Virus record (IMG/VR): IMGVR_UViG_3300045974_000102
Location: 32,001-96,000 of that record
Origin: a virus
Strand: one strand, 5' to 3'
Length of the DNA stretch: 64,000 nt
Made by a program: the position numbers and the translations under genes. Below are positions 46,603-54,805 of this stretch, in pieces; position 1 is the first letter of the stretch; each line of letters opens with the position of its first letter. The notes beneath the pieces were generated by a model that had not been told where the DNA came from, ran no database searches, and worked only from the letters and a program-made list of their open reading frames with translations.

Positions 46603-46841
46603 TTTGCCCTCCCTACCATTAGATCTTTAAGCTCAGGATGTTTCTCCACGTGACACTTAAGACATAATGTTATACCATTTTCTATAGTATACCTCAATTT
46701 TGGATATTCTTTATAACTTTTTATATGGTGTGCGTGCATATAACGCTTTTTACCAGTATTACCGCATTCTCTACACATATAACTATCTCTTAACTTAACA
46801 GCCTTAGCCCACATTATGTGCTTAAGTGAGCGCTTCTTCAC
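46569..46841 (-). CDS. HNH endonuclease (90 aa)
   Basis: RDSYMCRECG...HAHHIK...NGITLCLKCH. Confidence 0.9.
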   Translation of the reverse strand: MKKRSLKHIMWAKAVKLRDSYMCRECGNTGKKRYMHAHHIKSYKEYPKLRYTIENGITLCLKCHVEKHPELKDLMVGRAKWQRRSKTKSA

Positions 46842-47771
46842 TTAAGCGCCAGAAGTAGTTAAATATACTTTTAGTGTATCACCTGCAATATTGCAATAAT
46901 AGTTAAGTGGAACAGATAGTCCTGTCTCTATGTCGTATCGTCTAATGTTTATGTATCTAGATACATCTTGGTCTGGATTTAAGTTCTTATTAAATCTAAT
47001 AACAATTGGGTTGCACTTAGTGTTGTTTACTGATTCATGATCTGGAATGGTTGAAATAACTCTAAGTGGAATAGCGTGGTCCGATAGTGTGTGTATAATT
47101 GTAGACGTTGGTGTTGTTATTGTATATTTTGATGTAGTGAAGTCTATTTTAAGTATAGACTTAGTGCCTTCGGCTTTATAGCAATCAAAAGAGATAGTAT
47201 CATTGTGTAGCCAAGTTCCATTGAGCGAAATTGTAATATCGCCAAGGTTTATAGGTTGATTAATGATATATGAAAATGCACCAAGATAAATACCATTTTT
47301 TAATACGTCTAGCGAGCCAGAGCTTGCTATTGTAATAGAATATGTAGCACTAGAGCTTCCAGTGTATGGACTTAGAACATTAACTGTGCCTGAACTACTT
47401 TTTGTGAAAGCACTTATTGTAGACTTAGAAAGATACCGTAAGGGATCATTTCCTGGCAAAACTGTAAGATAATACTTCTTATCTGCTACTAAACTTACAG
47501 TTGGAGATATTTTTACCTTGCTGCCTTCTATAGTAAAATTAAATGGAAAATAAGTATATTCACCAGATGTATCAAGGACATCGCTCCATTGATTGTCTAA
47601 GATAGACAATTCAGGCCCAGTCCATAGTCCATTTGTTAACGTATATAGTGCTATACCATTTTGAACAGTAAAAGGGTCAATTGGCTGATTAAACTCTATT
47701 TCTATTTTTGTATCAAGCGGCACACTAATGCTGCCTGCTAATGGTGTTGAGTTTAGTGCTAATAAATCCAT
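46842..47771 (-). CDS. Ig-like (Big_5/SbsA-type) domain virion protein (309 aa)
   Basis: STP...VPLDTKIEIEFNQPID and a second VISTIPD...IVIRFNKNL unit. Confidence 0.7.
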   Translation of the reverse strand: MDLLALNSTPLAGSISVPLDTKIEIEFNQPIDPFTVQNGIALYTLTNGLWTGPELSILDNQWSDVLDTSGEYTYFPFNFTIEGSKVKISPTVSLVADKKYYLTVLPGNDPLRYLSKSTISAFTKSSSGTVNVLSPYTGSSSATYSITIASSGSLDVLKNGIYLGAFSYIINQPINLGDITISLNGTWLHNDTISFDCYKAEGTKSILKIDFTTSKYTITTPTSTIIHTLSDHAIPLRVISTIPDHESVNNTKCNPIVIRFNKNLNPDQDVSRYINIRRYDIETGLSVPLNYYCNIAGDTLKVYLTTSGA

Positions 47772-47783
47772 TATCTGCTCCGA

Positions 47784-48167
47784 TTAAATGTAAATCGCGT
47801 CTTCTTCATCATCGTGAAGGCCAAAGAGGACTATGCCGTCTTCTGCGTCAGCAACTGGGGATAAAATCATTCCTTGACCATCATAGCCCTGCTTAATCTC
47901 TATAGTCTCAATAAATTCTTCTTCGAACTCTTTAAGCCCTGCATTACTTACATTAGCATACAGACTTACAAGCTTATGAAGTTTTCTATAGTAAATTTCG
48001 TCTAAAGACGTAGAGAGTTGGTCCATTACCTGTCTATAGACCCTATCGGGAATATCAAAGGCATATCTGAGAATAGCATATGTAGATACTTGATCTTCAA
48101 GCATTCTATCCATCTTTGATAGATCTTGTTTAAATGAAAGCCATTTTAGATTAATTACGAAAACCAT
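47784..48167 (-). CDS. Hypothetical acidic protein
   Basis: Start moved to the ATG at 48167, which follows AGGAG; first gene after the MCP terminator. Confidence 0.55.
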   Translation of the reverse strand: MVFVINLKWLSFKQDLSKMDRMLEDQVSTYAILRYAFDIPDRVYRQVMDQLSTSLDEIYYRKLHKLVSLYANVSNAGLKEFEEEFIETIEIKQGYDGQGMILSPVADAEDGIVLFGLHDDEEDAIYI

Positions 48168-48198
48168 ATTTATACTCCTGTCCATTAGTATTTATAGG

Positions 48199-48208
48199 TG
48201 TTATTAAC
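48199..48208 (-). promoter_or_regulatory. Candidate promoter motif GTTAATAACA
   Basis: Lies immediately after the MCP terminator; 13-bp identity (TGCGTTAATAACA) with 52849-52861. Confidence 0.45.
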
Positions 48209-48213
48209 GCACT

Positions 48214-48255
48214 AAAAGAAAAAAGGCGACTCTGTGAAGAGCCGCCCTTTCTTTT
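48214..48255 (-). terminator. Rho-independent terminator after the major capsid gene
   Basis: GGCGGCTCT-TCAC-AGAGTCGCC followed by TTTTTTCTTTT. Confidence 0.85.
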
Positions 48256-48277
48256 ACTACTAGTCGCAATCTTTCGA

Positions 48278-49456
48278 TTACGTCATTGCTGTCCAAGTAT
48301 TCATTTCCGGATACTGGATGCCAGAAGCAGCAAGAGTAGCAGTAGTGTAGCCGAAGTCAGCCATACGGTTAGGTACGACTTTAACGTTTTTAACTACGCC
48401 AACACCACGACCTTCGTTCAGCATCGAGATACCATACTTCTCACGAAGTCTGATAGCTTGGATGTCTCTCTCTGGGTCAGTCCACTGGAAGTGGTTGATG
48501 TTTTCTGCTTGCACAATTGCACCAGCGTTTTCTGGGTCAATGAAATAAATGCTAGTTGTCTTAGCAACCGGATCAAAAGGCACCTGAGGAGAAACCATTA
48601 CACTGAACGGAACGTTTAGGTAAGGTGGAAGAATAGGTGTGCCTTTGAAGTCGACAGGCATATTTTCACCAGGTCTCGGGCCGCCTTTCGACATACCAAG
48701 TCCTGAGAAGAAGTCGTCACGCTTTACGCCCTGGACATCATAAGCATTGAATAGAGGACCAGAACCGTTTCTCCATGCGAACACACGTAGAATCGGGTCT
48801 TTAACCCACATTGCCCAAGACATTGGGTGCATAACGATAACAGTAGGAGCGAAGCCTTCTTGAAGCATTGCAGCATAGACATCAAAGAAGTCTTCTGCTG
48901 TGAAGCTATAGTTCCAGTTGCCAGCACCATCGCGGCCTGTAAGAGGACGCTGTAGCACTGATGCAGTTGGGTTTTTGTTGTCAACAAGGGTAAGAGCTTG
49001 TTTCTCGAAGAGATTGAAGCAGATACGGTTTTTCTTTCTTGCGAAAGCTTTACCAGCTGCTTTTAGCCAGAATGAGATGATATCCCACTGAGACTGCTCA
49101 ATCATTTCTTCAGTAAGAGCAAGTTTGATACCGTATTTACGGATATCAACTCTGATTACTGCCCCTCCGCCCATTGTGATCTCTTCAGTGCCATACTCGG
49201 CACCGGGAGCTACTTCTTCGATAGTGTCCATTGCGCCAAGAGCAGGAAGCTGGATATAGATACCATCTCTCTGATTGATCACATTAAACAGTTGGTTAGC
49301 AATAAGATGTGGCTCAGCGGCCTCTCTTACTACTTCACTAATGGCAATCGGGACAAGCTTGGAAAGATCTGTGTTGTTCAACACGTCTTTTAGTCCAATA
49401 TCGCCTTTTGACTGTCCATCAGTCAGTTTTAGAAGCTTGTGTTCTAAATCAAACAT
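48278..49456 (-). CDS. Major capsid protein, HK97 fold (392 aa)
   Basis: LVP..ISEVVREAAEP, EVAPGAEY, KYGIKLALTEEMI, IVMHP, RLREKYGI; GGAGG RBS; followed by a terminator. Confidence 0.9.
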   Translation of the reverse strand: MFDLEHKLLKLTDGQSKGDIGLKDVLNNTDLSKLVPIAISEVVREAAEPHLIANQLFNVINQRDGIYIQLPALGAMDTIEEVAPGAEYGTEEITMGGGAVIRVDIRKYGIKLALTEEMIEQSQWDIISFWLKAAGKAFARKKNRICFNLFEKQALTLVDNKNPTASVLQRPLTGRDGAGNWNYSFTAEDFFDVYAAMLQEGFAPTVIVMHPMSWAMWVKDPILRVFAWRNGSGPLFNAYDVQGVKRDDFFSGLGMSKGGPRPGENMPVDFKGTPILPPYLNVPFSVMVSPQVPFDPVAKTTSIYFIDPENAGAIVQAENINHFQWTDPERDIQAIRLREKYGISMLNEGRGVGVVKNVKVVPNRMADFGYTTATLAASGIQYPEMNTWTAMT

Positions 49457-49483
49457 TACTTAATTCCTCCATTACCATTAGTA

Positions 49484-50659
49484 TTAGTAGTCAAGCGTAT
49501 TAAAGTTTACAGCGATTCTTGCCACAAGTTTAGGAGCATTGGCAATAGAAAGCTGAGTATTACGGCCATCAGTTGAATTACCTGGTTGTTCCTGCCATAG
49601 GCCTTGATCACGGAAGTAAGTTCTTACAAGAGCAAGATCTTTATCGCTACCAGGCTTAATGTCAAGAACACGTCCAACTTTTTCAGTTGCCTGACTAACA
49701 GAAAGCACAAAGTTAGAGCTAGAATCATATGTAACTCTCTTGCCGTAGAAAGTTCCTTCTCCAACTTGTGCTAGCGTATTCGTGCCAACAGATGTAGAGG
49801 AGTTACCATAGTCATAGCTTAGGCAAGTAAACGGAGTGTTGATTATTGGAGTATACTTAACAACCCAGTTAGCAGGGATTGGTCTATTGAAGAATATAGT
49901 TCTTCCTAGAACTGCATACTCAGTTGGGTTACCAGAAGCCATACCAGAAGGTGTGAAGTTAGTAGGAGTAGCAAGTGGCTTCATACCAGTAACTGCAGTG
50001 CCAAGTGTATTGCTTGTGAAGAATGAAAGCTGTGGTACTCCAGAGGCTACTGTAGGCCAAAGAAGGATACGTGAATCAAGTGTCGTAGAGTTAAGTGCTT
50101 CAACTCTTGGGTTAACTTCAACGATAGGCACTTGGATATAAGCCCAGCGAGAGAATGCTCTTGCTCCACCTGTATCATAGCCATGCTTGAAGAATGTTGC
50201 GGGATTGCTCGGATCTGTACCAGGAGCGGTAAGAGCAGAGTATCTCATAATACCAACTGGGACTGTTCCACTTAGACCAGCATCATTCATTGCTGTAGCA
50301 ACTTTGTAGCCAGCATAAGCTCTGACATTCGGGTTTGCCATTCTGATACCAGCATCTTCATCAAGAGTCGTGTAAGCAGTAACGAAACTTGATGCTGGTA
50401 GTGCACGCTGCTCATAACCCAAGTAAGCTGGGATTAGGCGACCTGCTGTATCAAGTGCGGCCACTTTACCCGGCATGAACACAAAATGACTACCAGCGAT
50501 TCTGTTTTCAGAAATCAGAGCAGGTAGGTAATGCGCAGGGTAAAATTCACCAGGAGGGTTTTGACCTTCACTAATTTCAACGTTATAGTTAGGTGTACCC
50601 TGAAGGACTTGTGGGGCATTTACGAAATTTGCAAAATAGTTAGTTCCTTGTCCTGCCAT
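49484..50659 (-). CDS. Putative capsid decoration/stabilising protein (391 aa)
   Basis: Between scaffold and MCP; PGKVAALD..GRLIPA, KVGRVL; GGAGG RBS. Confidence 0.6.
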   Translation of the reverse strand: MAGQGTNYFANFVNAPQVLQGTPNYNVEISEGQNPPGEFYPAHYLPALISENRIAGSHFVFMPGKVAALDTAGRLIPAYLGYEQRALPASSFVTAYTTLDEDAGIRMANPNVRAYAGYKVATAMNDAGLSGTVPVGIMRYSALTAPGTDPSNPATFFKHGYDTGGARAFSRWAYIQVPIVEVNPRVEALNSTTLDSRILLWPTVASGVPQLSFFTSNTLGTAVTGMKPLATPTNFTPSGMASGNPTEYAVLGRTIFFNRPIPANWVVKYTPIINTPFTCLSYDYGNSSTSVGTNTLAQVGEGTFYGKRVTYDSSSNFVLSVSQATEKVGRVLDIKPGSDKDLALVRTYFRDQGLWQEQPGNSTDGRNTQLSIANAPKLVARIAVNFNTLDY

Positions 50660-50685
50660 CTGTATATTCCTCCAATTAATTCAAT

Positions 50686-52677
50686 TTACCTTCTAATGAA
50701 AGTAAATAGGGTTTGTAGACTTGCTACTTTTTCGTGTAGCGAAAGCTCTTTATTTTCGTCTTCGATCTTATCGGCTACTTTTTGATCCTGGCTTGTCAGA
50801 GAAGGATCTTCTGAGTCTGCCAGCGTGGGGTCTGTTATTGTCTTGATTGATATATTGTTATTAACTAAGCTGTCTTTTAATTTTCCTCTTAGTTTACGAT
50901 ACTCTCCAGCGGACTCAGTTAGGAACTCATAGTTTTTCTTCATAAGTCTTGTTTTTTCGTCTTCACAAGAGTCTTCAATTAGACCAAGAGCATTCTTAGA
51001 GGTAACAATCTCGTCAACAAGGTTAATTCTTAGTTGATAGTTAAGGTCAACATTCTGCTTATCAAGCATGTCGATCTCTTCATCCTTAAGCTCAATGTCT
51101 GTCTTAAGTGCAGCAACTACCTTCTCTCCTTCTGCAAGCTTGTCTGTTAGCTCAGTAACTAGTGCGTCTTTTTGGGCAATAGAGTCCTTAGCTACAAGTG
51201 ACATCTCAGAATCTTCTAGATAGTCAGTAAGGCCAGAAGTGATAGCTTCACCAGCCCACTTAAGATCTGTGCCAAATCCTTTCATCAACTGGAAGATTTG
51301 CTCAATAGGATTCTTTCTTGTTTGAGCTTTAGCGTTAGCTACTGCTTCATCTGAACGTGCATCTTCAAGCTGCTCTGGTGCTTCCCATGCTTCAATAGCG
51401 TCTTTAAGAGCTTCGATAGCTTCGTCGATGTCAGTAATCTTGGGAACTTCAGTTACTACTTCAGTTGCCTCTGGCTCTTCTACCTTGTCAGCAATAAGTT
51501 CAATACCAGCCTTTTTAGCTGCTCTACCAAGAGCTGCTTTAGCCTTCTCTCTTTCCTGCTCTGTTAAATTCTCTGCACTATCAATAAGCTGTAGACCAGC
51601 CTTGATATCAACTCCATTACGCATAGGGAAGCGTCTTATGATCTCACTATCTGTCTTTTGAATAACTGCGAATGTTTTGTCAGTAAGTTCGTCGTCTGAC
51701 AGAGCAAGTGCAGAGACTGCTTCTTCATCTGATAGTTTAATAGCTTGAAGTTGTTCGGCAGAAAACTCGTCACTAAGAGCAACAGACTTAACTGTTTTCC
51801 CAGCAACCTTTTCTTTTGTTGTACCTGCCATTTGTCCTTCCTCCTGATTAATAATTGTGCAGATATTATCCATACATACGATCTTTTTACCTTCAGCTTG
51901 TTTAAAAAAATCTTTTATATCAATAACATCTACTGTAGCGTCTAACCAATTAGACTCACGCTCAAAGGTTGTTTCTTCTTCTATTCCGTCGTGGATCTTA
52001 GTTATTCTGCCAAAAGGATCTGCTGGTTTATTTACGAACGACAATTCCTCATACTCTAAAGATTCAGCAAGCATAAAGATATGTGGCGCTTTCTTTAAAG
52101 GAAAATGCTCACAAATCTTGTCTACTTGGTCTTGTCCACATACTGAACAAACTAATCTTCTTGGACCAGCTCCAATAGAGACAGTTAAGAACTCTCCATC
52201 AAGAACTCTCTTAATACCTTCTTTATTGTCAAGCTTACCTATTACTTCAACATAAGCAAGTCCATCATAACCAGGGTTGCGCCTTTGTGTAGGTATAAGC
52301 GCATCTCTACATAAGGCCATATAGCCATCTGTATCTAAGTCTTCAAGCTGGTAACTTCTGCTAAGTTGATCATAAAACTTAGTAAGTTTATAATCTGCAG
52401 CTATTACATGGCCAAATATTTCAGAGTCTTTAGGCTTATGCTTTTCTATGATAGGTCTGGGCCTGGGTGCAACAAATGATGGAATATCTAAAGCCACTGT
52501 ATCGTGGCGATAGATAACTCCATTCCCATTTTTAAGCCCGTAATGACTAGCAGCTATAGTTAAGAGTAATTCTTTCTTGTGGCTAACTGCATCTTCTATC
52601 TTAGATAAGACAGCATCAGTTAGTTTTATTTGATAATCTTCAAATAGTCTGAAAGAATAATCCTTATTAATTACCAT
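50686..52677 (-). CDS. Prohead protease-scaffold fusion (663 aa)
   Basis: TVSIG serine motif, CSVCG...CEH Zn ribbon, EELSFVNKPAD; acidic coiled-coil C-terminal half; between portal and MCP. Confidence 0.8.
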   Translation of the reverse strand: MVINKDYSFRLFEDYQIKLTDAVLSKIEDAVSHKKELLLTIAASHYGLKNGNGVIYRHDTVALDIPSFVAPRPRPIIEKHKPKDSEIFGHVIAADYKLTKFYDQLSRSYQLEDLDTDGYMALCRDALIPTQRRNPGYDGLAYVEVIGKLDNKEGIKRVLDGEFLTVSIGAGPRRLVCSVCGQDQVDKICEHFPLKKAPHIFMLAESLEYEELSFVNKPADPFGRITKIHDGIEEETTFERESNWLDATVDVIDIKDFFKQAEGKKIVCMDNICTIINQEEGQMAGTTKEKVAGKTVKSVALSDEFSAEQLQAIKLSDEEAVSALALSDDELTDKTFAVIQKTDSEIIRRFPMRNGVDIKAGLQLIDSAENLTEQEREKAKAALGRAAKKAGIELIADKVEEPEATEVVTEVPKITDIDEAIEALKDAIEAWEAPEQLEDARSDEAVANAKAQTRKNPIEQIFQLMKGFGTDLKWAGEAITSGLTDYLEDSEMSLVAKDSIAQKDALVTELTDKLAEGEKVVAALKTDIELKDEEIDMLDKQNVDLNYQLRINLVDEIVTSKNALGLIEDSCEDEKTRLMKKNYEFLTESAGEYRKLRGKLKDSLVNNNISIKTITDPTLADSEDPSLTSQDQKVADKIEDENKELSLHEKVASLQTLFTFIRR

Positions 52678-52678
52678 G

Positions 52679-54805
52679 TTATGCCTCTGTTTCAGTAATA
52701 ACTCTAATCTTTAGTCTTGAGTTTGGTCTAAATGGTGGTATTTCCTGCACTATATTTCTAAGATTAAGTGTTAATTCTTTACCAAGATATTCACTGCTAT
52801 CTGCAGCGACATCATTAAAGTCAGAATAAATTATGAACTTATTATGGTTGTTATTAACGCATGTTAGCGCATAACCATAATTATAGGCTCTATTCTGCTC
52901 AGTTCTATTGGCAGTAGCTACTCTTGCTGTAGCACGGTTAAGATTAGTTGAATCTTTATATATTGAGTCCACAACTTCGTCTCTAATCTTATCTAGTGGC
53001 GCGAAGATATTATGCATCACTTTATCTTCATAGTCTGTTAATTCTAGATCTTTTGCAGCAGCTTCCATGCCATCATGTATTTTATCTAGCATATTAGCTT
53101 TTATCTTGTCATATGTGCACTTAGAAGCCATTATGATGTCCATACGCTTACGAGCATCATTTGCGTGATCTACTTTGTCCATAATCGCTCTAAACTCATC
53201 TTGGAGACTAATTGACTCTTCAATGTCCAAACTATCGCGTTGAGACTTAACAATATTGGAATTTGACTTAGCAGCCTTAATAGAATCTCTATCTGCGGCA
53301 CTACGCTTCATTGGGTCCTTCTTACGTGCTGTAGAGGCTTTATGCTTGATCTGAGTGATGGTTTTTGCAGCTCCTACCTCAACTTGCTTATGTGCGAGAT
53401 CAATCTCGGCATCTTGAGCAGGTTTTTCGTAAAGACCATGATGCGTTTGGTTAAAGTTCTCTTCTGTGAAGTCTTCACGACCCATAGCCTTACGAGCTTC
53501 ATTGACATCAATAACATTCTTCTGGAATAGATCTGCATGGTGATTCTCTTTGCGTATCTGCCACTCTAAGTCTATCTCAGTAAATACAAGTTTAGGCAAG
53601 TTCTCTGGGTATAAGGAGTTCTCAATTGGTGACTGCAATGCGAATTCTAAGAGGATCTTCTCTGAGAACTGCTCTGCAATCTCTTGTTGTATAAATCTAA
53701 CTATATCAGTAAGCGACTTCGACATAGAGTTAGCTGTATTACCGGATATTTCATTACCCATGCCCATATCTGTTGCTGAAACGCCTAATCCAGAGAAAAC
53801 ACGCTCTTGGAAGTATTTAAGGTAGTCTTTAGCGTCTAGACCCTTGCTACTATTCCCAACATACTCAATTGTGTGTCTAGCGTCAGTTGCAATACCACCA
53901 TCTTGTAAAATGCTCTGCAAATCCTGTTTTGCCTTATCTAGCTCACTTGTTTGCATAACATGGTCTACCATTGAAGGATTTTCCACTTTATAATGCAAAA
54001 TAGGGAATAAGTCTCTGTAAATTAGAAGCTGGACATCTTCTTCTATCTTTCTAAGGGTTCTAATGTCGTCTACAACAGGTAATACATCTGGAGTGCCGAA
54101 TACCATCCCGTCTTCTTTGTAAAGCGTAAAGTGAACTACGTCTTCTGGTTCAAACTCTTTAACTATACCTCTTCTAACAGACAGGTAGATCCACTTGTCT
54201 AATACCATCTCATAATACTTGCCTTTCTGCTTATACTTAAATCTAGGTTTAATAGTAGTAGGATGAGGAATAAACAGACCTACAACTGGGGCTTGTTCTT
54301 TGCCATCAAGGTCATATGAGTGAGCTACCTCGCAATCTTTGTCTCTAACCTTAACTACCCAGGCATTTGAGCATACTAATAGATACATTGAGATTTGCTT
54401 CACTAAATGTGTTAGTGAAATACCAGTTTGGAGCTGCATCATCATAAAACGAGCTTCCATATACTTAGTCATCTCGTCATTTTCACTTTTTATCCCTACT
54501 CCTGATTTCATAAGCAAAGAAAGCTTCTTTTGCACAGCTTTCATGAAATATGCTTCGTGTTTCATTAGTTTAAAGAGTGAGGTTAAGTCATATTCGCCTT
54601 CAGCGAAATATGACGATATCTGATTGGGAGATTCGAAGAATCTGGGTATTGCTGGTTGAATTGTCTTAATATTCTTTGCTAGTTTCGATACCATAGCAGG
54701 AGAAGACTTCATTATGCCTTTAGCTTGGTCAAATAGCCCGATTACTTCTTGAGCTTTAGCAAATGTTGCCTGGTTAGGCTTTATAAGCAATTTATTCATG
54801 TTCAT
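52679..54805 (-). CDS. Portal protein with a C-terminal MuF-like extension (708 aa)
   Basis: IPHPTTI, EDVVHF, FGTPDV, VFSGLGVS, IDVNEARKAMG portal motifs; C-terminal RTEQNRAYN...IPPFRPNSR. Confidence 0.85.
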   Translation of the reverse strand: MNMNKLLIKPNQATFAKAQEVIGLFDQAKGIMKSSPAMVSKLAKNIKTIQPAIPRFFESPNQISSYFAEGEYDLTSLFKLMKHEAYFMKAVQKKLSLLMKSGVGIKSENDEMTKYMEARFMMMQLQTGISLTHLVKQISMYLLVCSNAWVVKVRDKDCEVAHSYDLDGKEQAPVVGLFIPHPTTIKPRFKYKQKGKYYEMVLDKWIYLSVRRGIVKEFEPEDVVHFTLYKEDGMVFGTPDVLPVVDDIRTLRKIEEDVQLLIYRDLFPILHYKVENPSMVDHVMQTSELDKAKQDLQSILQDGGIATDARHTIEYVGNSSKGLDAKDYLKYFQERVFSGLGVSATDMGMGNEISGNTANSMSKSLTDIVRFIQQEIAEQFSEKILLEFALQSPIENSLYPENLPKLVFTEIDLEWQIRKENHHADLFQKNVIDVNEARKAMGREDFTEENFNQTHHGLYEKPAQDAEIDLAHKQVEVGAAKTITQIKHKASTARKKDPMKRSAADRDSIKAAKSNSNIVKSQRDSLDIEESISLQDEFRAIMDKVDHANDARKRMDIIMASKCTYDKIKANMLDKIHDGMEAAAKDLELTDYEDKVMHNIFAPLDKIRDEVVDSIYKDSTNLNRATARVATANRTEQNRAYNYGYALTCVNNNHNKFIIYSDFNDVAADSSEYLGKELTLNLRNIVQEIPPFRPNSRLKIRVITETEA

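Noticed and set aside
48189-48196. T4-type late promoter system (TATAAATA)
   Set aside because: Only one intergenic copy noticed in AT-rich DNA, which is not enough support
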